NCBI GenBank assembly: GCA_026391805.1
Contig: JAPLDJ010000024.1
Coordinates: 170,014 to 234,013, forward strand
Direction: 5' to 3'
Source of the DNA: Bacteroidota bacterium
GTDB taxonomy: Bacteria; Bacteroidota; Bacteroidia; Bacteroidales; FEN-979
DNA length: 64,000 bases
Shown piece by piece: positions 37,899 through 45,660 of the stretch (position 1 is its first letter; every line of letters starts with the position of its first letter). Both the position numbers and the translations under genes were made by a program. The notes below the pieces were generated by a model. That model had not been told where the DNA came from, searched no databases, and worked only from the letters and a program-made list of their open reading frames with translations.

Positions 37899-39809
37899 AT
37901 GAAAAAAATCCTCCTCTTTTCGTTTGCTTTGGTAATAGCGCTTGGTTCCTTTGCCCAGTATCGGAACCTTGTGAAAAAATACCCCAAAGCCGTCGCTCTT
38001 CTTACGCTGGGCAGTGCAACCGGTGTTGATCTGCCGGTCGCAGGATCCCAACCTTCCAGCAGTTACACCTCGAATAAAAGTGTTTTGGATGATCCTGTCA
38101 CGATGATCACGCGGTACGATGTTCAGTCCAACGGCGCCGCACCCCGCAGGTGCTATCGTTATCCCGACGGAACCATCGGAACAGCTGCGACATGGTCATC
38201 GCAGGATGCCTCCTGGACCGACCGCGGCACGGGATACAACTACTTTGACGGAGGGACCTGGGGCGCTCTGCCCGCAAGCAGGGTTGAAACTGTCAGAACA
38301 GGCTGGCCGAACTACTGTCCGTTTGGCACAGCGGGCGAGCTGATCATCGCCCATGAAGCTTCCGGCCCGCTGGTGATGAACACCCGCACAGTCAAAGGAA
38401 CCGGTGCATGGACTCAAACCCTTCTGCCCGCCCTGCCTACTACAATTCCCATGATGTTCTGGTCGAAGGCCGTGACCAGCGGCCCCAGTCATACCTATAT
38501 TCACGTGATTGCCCTGACTGGACCTACCGCGAACGGAGGACTGGTGTACAACGGCATGAACGGCGCCCTGGTCTATTCCCGTTCGCTCGACGGTGGAACT
38601 ACCTGGTCTAACTGGACCCAGCCCACAGACCTGACCTCTACCAACTACACTGCTTTCGGCAGCGATACCTATTGTTGGGCCGAGCCCAGAGGAGATACGC
38701 TGGCGTTCACCCTTGGCAGCGGCTTCTATGATCAGCTTCTACTGAAATCTACTGACAACGGGGCAACCTGGACAAAGACCGTCATCTGGCACTCGCTGTA
38801 TAACCTGGGCGGAAGTTCCCCGGGCTGGTTCTATGCTCCGGATGGCACCAGCGCGATCACACTCGACGGACGGGGAATGGCGCATGTTGTTTTCGGCCTG
38901 ACTTACGACAGCGGCACCAACACCTCCTGGTACTACAACATCATGGCCCAGGGGGTTGTTTACTGGAATGAGTCCCAGCCAACGCTCCGGCAGGACCTTG
39001 ACCCGGATTCGCTTTTTGCTTCCGGGAACCTAGTGGGATGGGTGCAGGATACGAATGTTTTCAATTTACCAGCCAACCAGATCTCCTACTGGGGGAAATC
39101 CCTGACATCTTTCCCCAACCTTGTGTGGGATTCATGCAAATCAGCCACTGAGAATTATGAACGTTTGTATGTGATCTTCTCTGGGGCAACCTCCCTGCTG
39201 GATGCGAACAATTACAACCTACGCCATATCTATGGCAGGGGAGCGTATCTTTCCCAGACCGGTCTTTCCTGGCTTGCCGATACACTTGCCGATATTACCG
39301 GCGATTGGATCCAGTACAATTTTTCAGAATGCATGTACCCGTCTACTGCACCTCGGTTCCGATCGGAAGGTGAAATTCCAATTCTCTTTCAGAAAGACGA
39401 TTATGGCGGATCGTATGTGCTGAGTACGCTGGCAACTGGAACCTGGCAGGGACAAACTTCGCCCGATGACAATTCCTTGACCCTGATCAAGTGGACAAAG
39501 CCAGGTGTTCCGTGCGGGTATCAGGAGGTAATTGAAAAACCGGGACAGCCTACCCTATCTGTCAGCCAGAACGTCCCGAATCCGTTCTCCGGCCAGACGG
39601 AGATCAATGTTTACCATCAGAACCCGGGGAATATCGGCCTTGTTGTGACCAATCTCACCGGCCAGAACGTTCTTTATTTGGAAAAGACAAATGTTCTCCC
39701 GGGTGTCAGCCAGTTCACGCTGGATGGAAGTACGCTGGCGCCGGGGGTTTATTTTTATACGGTGACGCAGGGAGCGGGGAGGATCACGAAGAAGATGATT
39801 GTTCAGTAG
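37899..39809 (+). CDS. Secreted Asp-box repeat protein with T9SS sorting domain, array paralog 4 of 6 (most divergent)
   Basis: The start at 37899 gives the signal peptide MKKILLFSFALVIALGSFAQ. The core is RYDVQSN, WTDRGTGYNY, SRSLDGGTTWSNW and STDNGATWTKT. The central region diverges (SGTNTSWYYNIMAQG replaces SGSPTAGYYRPYTQG). The CTD ends GVYFYTVTQGAGRITKKMIVQ. Confidence 0.85.
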   Translation: MKKILLFSFALVIALGSFAQYRNLVKKYPKAVALLTLGSATGVDLPVAGSQPSSSYTSNKSVLDDPVTMITRYDVQSNGAAPRRCYRYPDGTIGTAATWSSQDASWTDRGTGYNYFDGGTWGALPASRVETVRTGWPNYCPFGTAGELIIAHEASGPLVMNTRTVKGTGAWTQTLLPALPTTIPMMFWSKAVTSGPSHTYIHVIALTGPTANGGLVYNGMNGALVYSRSLDGGTTWSNWTQPTDLTSTNYTAFGSDTYCWAEPRGDTLAFTLGSGFYDQLLLKSTDNGATWTKTVIWHSLYNLGGSSPGWFYAPDGTSAITLDGRGMAHVVFGLTYDSGTNTSWYYNIMAQGVVYWNESQPTLRQDLDPDSLFASGNLVGWVQDTNVFNLPANQISYWGKSLTSFPNLVWDSCKSATENYERLYVIFSGATSLLDANNYNLRHIYGRGAYLSQTGLSWLADTLADITGDWIQYNFSECMYPSTAPRFRSEGEIPILFQKDDYGGSYVLSTLATGTWQGQTSPDDNSLTLIKWTKPGVPCGYQEVIEKPGQPTLSVSQNVPNPFSGQTEINVYHQNPGNIGLVVTNLTGQNVLYLEKTNVLPGVSQFTLDGSTLAPGVYFYTVTQGAGRITKKMIVQ

Positions 39810-39821
39810 CTTATTTCACCA

Positions 39822-39890
39822 CAATAGGCACAATAGAACACAATAGAATCTAATGTGAACTAATGTGCCTATTGTGGTGAAAAGGGCAAC
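39822..39890. repeat. Long inverted-repeat element, copy B (perfect 18-bp arms, 33-nt spacer)
   Basis: The arms are TTTCACCACAATAGGCAC and GTGCCTATTGTGGTGAAA. The spacer is built from cacaatag / ctaatgtg words. The element begins 13 nt after the paralog-4 stop. Confidence 0.85.
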
Positions 39891-39923
39891 CAGGGTAAAT
39901 CCCCGATAAAAAACACCATTGAA

Positions 39924-41795
39924 ATGAAAAGAATAATAGTCACTCTTTTCGCTCTAATCCTTGCCATCAGCGCCTCCGCCCAGTTCAAGGCATTAATGCA
40001 AAAGAAGGCAAATGTCATTGCCCCGATGCAAAAAAATCCAAACATCGATCTCCCGGTGGTTGGCGAACTTCCTGCCAACATCTATGTTTCGAACAAAACC
40101 ATGCTGACCGATCCGGTATCATCCGTAACACGATACGACCTTCAGTCGAACGCTTCCAACCTGAGGAGAATCCGTCTCTTTCCCGACGGGACGATCGGGA
40201 CAACGGCAACCTGGTCGCAGCAGGATGCAAGCTGGACGGACCGGGGAACGGGGTACAACTATTATGACGGCAGTTCATTCGGGCCTCTTCCCACGTCCAG
40301 GATCGAAGACCGGAGGACCGGTTGGCCATCATATTGTTTTTTTGGACCTAACGGAGAGATGACCATCGCACATCAATCTAGTGGTCCATTGGTAATGTGC
40401 TCAAGGCCCGTGAAAGGTTCCGGCACATGGACGACAAAACTACTTCCTGCATTGCCAGCCACCATCCCGGTAATCCTCTGGCCCAGGGCGGTCACAAATG
40501 GGCCGGATCATACCTGTATACACATCATTGCACTTACAGCCCCTACAGCAAACGGAGGCCTGATCTATAACGGTATGAACGGAGCCATCATTTATTCGCG
40601 TTCGCTTGACGGCGGCACAACATTCTCCGACTGGATCCAGCTTCCAGGGATGACCTCTTCAGAATATACAAGTTTTACAGCGGACATCTATTCCTTTGCA
40701 GAGCCAAAGGGAGATACCCTTGCATTTACGGTCGGTGATTGCTTTCAGGATCAATTCCTGATGAAATCGACCGATAACGGAACGACATGGACCAAGACCA
40801 TAATCTATAATTCTCCTTACAATCATGGCGGTAATTCACCCAATTTCTTCTATTGCCCCGATGGCACCATGTCAGTTGCCCTGGACAACCAGGGGATTGC
40901 ACATGTCGTTTTTGGCCTGCAGCAGGACAGCGGATCGCCGACTGCCTCATATTATCGTCCGTATACGCAAGGAATTATTTACTGGAATGAGACGATGCCT
41001 GAGCTCAGGCAGGATCTCAACCCGGATTCACTTTTTCTTTCCGGGAGCTATGTTGCATGGGTGAAAGATACCAATGTTTTCCACCTGCCTTCAGGTGTAT
41101 CATTAGGAGAGTACTATTTCTCGCTTACCTCTAACCCGGAACTGGTGATCGATAAAAATAACAGGATGTTTCTGATCTGGTCAGGCGAGACTACCCTTGT
41201 TGATGCGAACAATTATACCCTGCGCCACATTTTTAGCAGGGATGCGTGGATCACACCGGCAGAAAACCTTTGCTGGCATACGGATACATTGGTTGATCTT
41301 ACCGCAGACTGGATCCAGTATCATGTTGCGGATTGCATGTATCCTTCAGCCTCACCCACATCCGATGATTCTGTTTATATTCTTTTCCAGAAAGATAAAT
41401 ATGGCGGAAATTATGTAATGGGGATTGGTACTCAGAACTCCCAGACGTCACCTGATGATAACTTTATTACGCTTATCAAATGGGGAAAACCATCGTGGTC
41501 TCTGCCGATCGGGATGAATGAAAGCCATGTGAAGCCCGTTTTTTCTGTCGGTCAAAACATTCCCAATCCGGTAACTGGCTTGACAAAGGTCAATGTTTTC
41601 ATGCAGAATGGAGGTGATCTGTCACTTACAGTGACGAGTCTTACCGGGCAAACAATGATAAGCATAAGAAAAAATAATGTCCTCCCGGGGGTAAGCCAGT
41701 TTAACATTGATGGCAGCACACTGCCGCCGGGGGGTTATTTTTATACGGTAACGCAGGGAGGGGAGAGGGTCACGAAGAAGATGATAGTCCAATAG
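39924..41795 (+). CDS. Secreted Asp-box repeat protein with T9SS sorting domain, array paralog 5 of 6
   Basis: 623-aa ORF with signal peptide MKRIIVTLFALILAISASAQ and the conserved core. The CTD ends GGYFYTVTQGGERVTKKMIVQ. No TAnnTTTG box is visible upstream. Confidence 0.85.
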   Translation: MKRIIVTLFALILAISASAQFKALMQKKANVIAPMQKNPNIDLPVVGELPANIYVSNKTMLTDPVSSVTRYDLQSNASNLRRIRLFPDGTIGTTATWSQQDASWTDRGTGYNYYDGSSFGPLPTSRIEDRRTGWPSYCFFGPNGEMTIAHQSSGPLVMCSRPVKGSGTWTTKLLPALPATIPVILWPRAVTNGPDHTCIHIIALTAPTANGGLIYNGMNGAIIYSRSLDGGTTFSDWIQLPGMTSSEYTSFTADIYSFAEPKGDTLAFTVGDCFQDQFLMKSTDNGTTWTKTIIYNSPYNHGGNSPNFFYCPDGTMSVALDNQGIAHVVFGLQQDSGSPTASYYRPYTQGIIYWNETMPELRQDLNPDSLFLSGSYVAWVKDTNVFHLPSGVSLGEYYFSLTSNPELVIDKNNRMFLIWSGETTLVDANNYTLRHIFSRDAWITPAENLCWHTDTLVDLTADWIQYHVADCMYPSASPTSDDSVYILFQKDKYGGNYVMGIGTQNSQTSPDDNFITLIKWGKPSWSLPIGMNESHVKPVFSVGQNIPNPVTGLTKVNVFMQNGGDLSLTVTSLTGQTMISIRKNNVLPGVSQFNIDGSTLPPGGYFYTVTQGGERVTKKMIVQ

Positions 41796-41980
41796 CTCCG
41801 AAGGAGCGTCATCTGAATAACCATGTGCGAAGCACATGGCGGGTAAAACAGCAACAAACTCAGCCCGGATGGGCTGAATCTTAAGGTTCAACCCCTTCGG
41901 GGCTGGGGGTTGTTACATACTGGATCGTCACCGTGGATTCCATCCACGGTTATTGAGATTGTGCCACTTCGCGGCAATTT
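41796..41980. repeat. Cluster of short GC-rich hairpins (REP/BIME-like mosaic) between paralogs 5 and 6
   Basis: Successive stem-loops are GCTCC-gaa-GGAGC, CCATGTGC-gaa-GCACATGG, TCAGCCC-ggat-GGGCTGA, CCCC-ttcg-GGGG and ACCGTGGAT-tcc-ATCCACGGT. Confidence 0.7.
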
Positions 41981-42031
41981 ATAATTGGTTGATTAAGCAT
42001 TGGTGAGATTAGAAAAAATCCAACAACCAAT

Positions 42032-43903
42032 ATGAAAAAGATTTTATTCATCTTTTTAGCCTTTGGTTTGACCATTGGCAGTCAAGCGCAATTCAAGGCA
42101 TTAATGCAAAAAAAGGCAAATGTCATCGCCCCGATGCAAAAAAATCAAAACATCGATCTCCCGGTGGTTGGCGAACTTCCTGGCAACGGCTATGTTTCCA
42201 ATAAAAACATCCTGGCTGATCCTGTTTCATCTGTGACAAGGTACGACCTGCAGACCAATTCTTCTAACCAGCGTAGGATTTACCTGTTCCCTGACGGGAC
42301 GGTCGGGACGACCGTGACTTGGTCACAACAGGATGCTTCGTGGACTGATCGCGGAACCGCATATAACTATTTCGATGGAACTTCTTTCGGACCATTACCG
42401 ACCTCAAGGGTCGAACAGGAAAAGACAGGATGGCCCGAGTACCACCCGTTCGGCCAAAATGGAGAACTGATCATTGCCCACGAGAGCACTTTCAATGGCC
42501 CACTTGTGATGAACACACGCCAGGTAAAAGGAAACGGTTCCTGGACCGAGAAACTGTTACCCGCACTTCCGGCTACCATACCGGTTATGATGTGGCCTAG
42601 GGTTGTAACAAACGGTCCTGATCATACCAATATTCATGTGATAGCATTGACCGGCCCAAGTTCGAACGGAGGAATCCCCTATAACGGTATGAATGGTGCC
42701 ATCGTCTATTCCAGATCACTGGACGGCGGTGCAACATTCTCCGACTGGATCCAGCTTCCCGGAATGACTTCATCCGAATACAAGGCTTTCACAGCCGATA
42801 TCTATTCGTTTGCCGAGCCAAAAGGCGATACACTTGCCTTCACTGTCGGTGATTCCTGGCAGGATCAGTTCCTGATGAAATCAACCGACAACGGAACGAC
42901 ATGGACGAAAACGATCATCTACAAATCCCCCTATAATCTTGGAGGAAATTCTCCAGATTGGTTCTATTGCCCTGACGGTACGATGTCAGTTGCCCTGGAC
43001 AACCAGGGAATTGCACATGTCGTTTTCGGTTTGCAGCAAGACAGCTTCTCGTATTATGCCCCATATTACCGGCCGTATACACAGGGTATTGTTTACTGGA
43101 GTGAGACGATGCCTGAACTCAGGGAGGATCTTGATCCCGATTCTCTCTTTGCCAACGGACAGTATGTAGCATGGATAAAAGATACCATGGTTTTCTACCC
43201 GTCATTGGGCGTTTCACTGCAGACATTTTATACATCGCTCACGAGCAACCCGGAGCTTGTCATTGATAATGACAACAGAGTGTTCCTGGTATGGGCGGGA
43301 GTGACTTCACTGGTCGATTGGTATGACCGTATGTTACGCCATATCTTTGGACGGGATGGTTATATCACCCCATCAGGGGCTGTTTACTGGCACAATGATA
43401 CACTTGTTGATCTGACTTCCGACTGGGTTCAGTACCATTACGCTGAGTGCATGTATCCATCGGCTTCGCCAACAACAGATAATTCCGTTTACATTCTTTT
43501 CCAGAAAGATGAATACGCGGGCTCATATGTTAAACTAATCAATTCATACAATGGCCCTCCGCCTAGTGATAATTTTATCACGCTTTTACAATGGCAAAAA
43601 CCCGACTGGCCGACAATGGGCGTTGTGAAGCAACCTGAAAAGCCTCTTCTTTCTGTTTCCCAGAACTTCCCTAACCCGGTTTCGGGTGCAACGACCATAA
43701 ATGTTTACCATCAAAATCCTGGCACACTCACGCTTGAAGTGACCAACCTCACCGGACAGAACATCCTTCATATGGAAAAGACAAATGTTCTCCCGGGTGT
43801 CAACCAGTTTACTGTTGATGGAAGCAATCTGCCACCAGGAGTTTACTTCTATACGGTGATAATGGAAGGGGAGAAGATCACGAAGAAAATGGTTGTTCAA
43901 TAG
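42032..43903 (+). CDS. Secreted Asp-box repeat protein with T9SS sorting domain, array paralog 6 of 6
   Basis: 623-aa ORF with signal peptide MKKILFIFLAFGLTIGSQAQ and the conserved core. The CTD ends GVYFYTVIMEGEKITKKMVVQ. Confidence 0.85.
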   Translation: MKKILFIFLAFGLTIGSQAQFKALMQKKANVIAPMQKNQNIDLPVVGELPGNGYVSNKNILADPVSSVTRYDLQTNSSNQRRIYLFPDGTVGTTVTWSQQDASWTDRGTAYNYFDGTSFGPLPTSRVEQEKTGWPEYHPFGQNGELIIAHESTFNGPLVMNTRQVKGNGSWTEKLLPALPATIPVMMWPRVVTNGPDHTNIHVIALTGPSSNGGIPYNGMNGAIVYSRSLDGGATFSDWIQLPGMTSSEYKAFTADIYSFAEPKGDTLAFTVGDSWQDQFLMKSTDNGTTWTKTIIYKSPYNLGGNSPDWFYCPDGTMSVALDNQGIAHVVFGLQQDSFSYYAPYYRPYTQGIVYWSETMPELREDLDPDSLFANGQYVAWIKDTMVFYPSLGVSLQTFYTSLTSNPELVIDNDNRVFLVWAGVTSLVDWYDRMLRHIFGRDGYITPSGAVYWHNDTLVDLTSDWVQYHYAECMYPSASPTTDNSVYILFQKDEYAGSYVKLINSYNGPPPSDNFITLLQWQKPDWPTMGVVKQPEKPLLSVSQNFPNPVSGATTINVYHQNPGTLTLEVTNLTGQNILHMEKTNVLPGVNQFTVDGSNLPPGVYFYTVIMEGEKITKKMVVQ

Positions 43904-43908
43904 CTTTA

Positions 43909-43975
43909 TTCACCACAGTAGGCACAGTAGAACACAATAGTATCTAATGTGACCTAATGTGCCTATTGTGGTGAA
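43909..43975. repeat. Long inverted-repeat element, copy C
   Basis: The arms are TTCACCACAGTAGGCAC and GTGCCTATTGTGGTGAA. The single arm difference would be a G-U pair in RNA. The spacer words match copy B. Confidence 0.85.
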
Positions 43976-44009
43976 AAGAGCAAGTCCCTCAAAACTTAGC
44001 AAAATTTCC

Positions 44010-44017
44010 TACCTTTG
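44010..44017 (+). promoter_or_regulatory. Candidate -7 box (TACCTTTG) upstream of ccmB
   Basis: TAnnTTTG match 24 nt upstream of the ATG at 44041. Confidence 0.3.
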
Positions 44018-44040
44018 CCCTCCATTTTACAGAATTCTGA

Positions 44041-44700
44041 ATGTTAGGTAAGGAGACTAAAATCCTCATCGGAAAGGAGATCCGGCTGGAGCTGAAGCAG
44101 AAATACGTGCTGAACGGCATCCTGCTTTACCTTGTCTCAACCATATTCGTAACTTATCTTGCATTCGACAAGATCATCAGTACCGATACCTGGAACTCGC
44201 TCTTCTGGATCATCCTGCTGTTTGTTGCGGTGAACGGGATCTCGAAAAGCTTTGTACAGGAAAGCCCGGCGCGACACCTCTATTATTATACGGTTGCAAG
44301 CCCGCAGGCGATCCTGCTTTCAAAGGTCATCTACAACCTCCTGCTGATGACCATCCTGTCCGTATTCTCCTTTGTCTTTTTCATCGTACTGATGGGAAAC
44401 CTGGTGGTGAACCTGCCTCTGTTCCTGGTTACGCTCATTCTCGGCAGCCTCGGACTGGCATCCATCCTGACGATGGTGGCGGCGATCGCTTCACGTGCCA
44501 GCAACAACTTTTCCCTGATCGCCATCCTGAGCTTTCCCATCGTCCTGCCACTTTTGGGAACCCTGATGAAGGTCTCGAAAAGTGCGCTATCTGCTTCGGA
44601 ATGGACGGGAAACTATGGCTTTATCGTCATCCTCCTCACCATCAACATCACCGTGATCGTGCTGGCATATCTGTTATTTCCGTACCTTTGGCGGGACTAA
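44041..44700 (+). CDS. ccmB: Heme exporter protein B (CcmB-like ABC permease)
   Basis: 219-aa, 6-TM ORF. Size, topology and position (immediately before ccmC-D-E) fit CcmB. Sequence resemblance to E. coli CcmB is loose. Confidence 0.65.
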   Translation: MLGKETKILIGKEIRLELKQKYVLNGILLYLVSTIFVTYLAFDKIISTDTWNSLFWIILLFVAVNGISKSFVQESPARHLYYYTVASPQAILLSKVIYNLLLMTILSVFSFVFFIVLMGNLVVNLPLFLVTLILGSLGLASILTMVAAIASRASNNFSLIAILSFPIVLPLLGTLMKVSKSALSASEWTGNYGFIVILLTINITVIVLAYLLFPYLWRD

Positions 44701-44703
44701 TTT

Positions 44704-44801
44704 CTGAGGGCCGAAGTCCGATGTCAGAGGACTGAAGACAGAGGATGGAAGATGGAGGATAGACATTAATTACGTATGTCTTATGACATATGACATATGA
44801 C
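44704..44801. repeat. Drifting 7-bp tandem repeat, about 14 units, inside the ccmB-ccmC spacer
   Basis: The units read ctgaggg ccgaagt ccgatgt cagagga ctgaaga cagagga tggaaga tggagga tagacat taattac gtatgtc ttatgac atatgac atatgac. Confidence 0.8.
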
Positions 44802-44818
44802 GAATTAAAAAGGAACGA

Positions 44819-45508
44819 ATGACATTTTTGAAACATAACTGGTGGAAACTATTATCAGGCCTGCTGCTTCTTTACGCAATCCTGGGCGGGTTCATGATCT
44901 CATTTTCCTGGGAAGGAACCGGCATGGAGATCGCCGCCGAATCGATGCGGAACCTCTTTTACCATGTAGGAATGTGGTTCGGGATGATGTCCATGCTGAT
45001 CACCGGGTTCGTATACAGCCTGCGGTACCTGAGGAAATTTGACGAGGTGGAGGACATCAAGGCGGTTGAAGCTGTGAATGTCGGACTCCTGTTCGGCTTC
45101 CTGGGCATCTTTACCGGGATGATCTGGGCCAATTTTACCTGGGGCACACCCTGGGTGAAAGACCCGAAGCTGAATGGCGCTGCCGTTGGCTTGCTGATCT
45201 ACCTGGCCTACGCCATTCTGAGAGGCTCGATCGATGAGCGCCACAAACGGGCAAAAGTCGCTGCCATCTATAACATCTTTGCATTCTTCCTCTGGGTTGT
45301 ACTTGTGATCATCCTTCCCAGGCTGGCAGGGGAGAGCCTTCACCCGGCCGGGGGCGGCAATGCCAATACCGTGCTCCCGATGCACCTTCAGTCGTCGATG
45401 CGGCTCGTTTTTTACCCTGCCATGATGGGATGGATCCTGCTGGGCTTCTGGATCTTCACGATCCGCGTGAGGATCCGCAAAATCAAATTATTCACCGAAA
45501 ATAACTGA
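44819..45508 (+). CDS. ccmC: Heme exporter protein C (CcmC, cytochrome c assembly family)
   Basis: 229-aa ORF with a Trp-rich WWD-like motif (WANFTWGTPWVKDPKLNGA) flanked by conserved His contexts (LFYHVGMW and GESLHPAGG). Confidence 0.8.
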   Translation: MTFLKHNWWKLLSGLLLLYAILGGFMISFSWEGTGMEIAAESMRNLFYHVGMWFGMMSMLITGFVYSLRYLRKFDEVEDIKAVEAVNVGLLFGFLGIFTGMIWANFTWGTPWVKDPKLNGAAVGLLIYLAYAILRGSIDERHKRAKVAAIYNIFAFFLWVVLVIILPRLAGESLHPAGGGNANTVLPMHLQSSMRLVFYPAMMGWILLGFWIFTIRVRIRKIKLFTENN

Positions 45509-45513
45509 ACCCC

Positions 45514-45660
45514 ATGTTAGAAAACGGAAAGATCATGGTCGTAGTGGCCGTTCTTGCACTCATACTGGTAGGCATCGTGGTCTACCTTTTCCTGATCGAT
45601 AAAAAGGTCGGGAAACTGGAAAAAGAAGTTGAAGAAAAAATTGCTGAAACCAGAAAATGA
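45514..45660 (+). CDS. ccmD: CcmD-like small single-TM protein (48 aa)
   Basis: Below the ORF-track size cut-off. My translation is MLENGKIMVVVAVLALILVGIVVYLFLIDKKVGKLEKEVEEKIAETRK. The stop overlaps the ccmE ATG (ATGA). Position and shape fit CcmD. Confidence 0.6.
   Translation: MLENGKIMVVVAVLALILVGIVVYLFLIDKKVGKLEKEVEEKIAETRK

Noticed and set aside
31713-43903. Possibility that the paralog array is carried on a mobile element or genomic island
   Set aside because: I could not find a transposase, integrase, tRNA target, flanking direct repeats or an obvious compositional shift. Tandem duplication with gene conversion explains the structure better.
37565-43975. Possibility that the recurring inverted-repeat elements or short tandem repeats form a CRISPR array
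   Set aside because: The three elements are 2-4 kb apart with full genes between them. The tandem repeats have 7-11 bp periods with no unique spacers. No cas genes are present.
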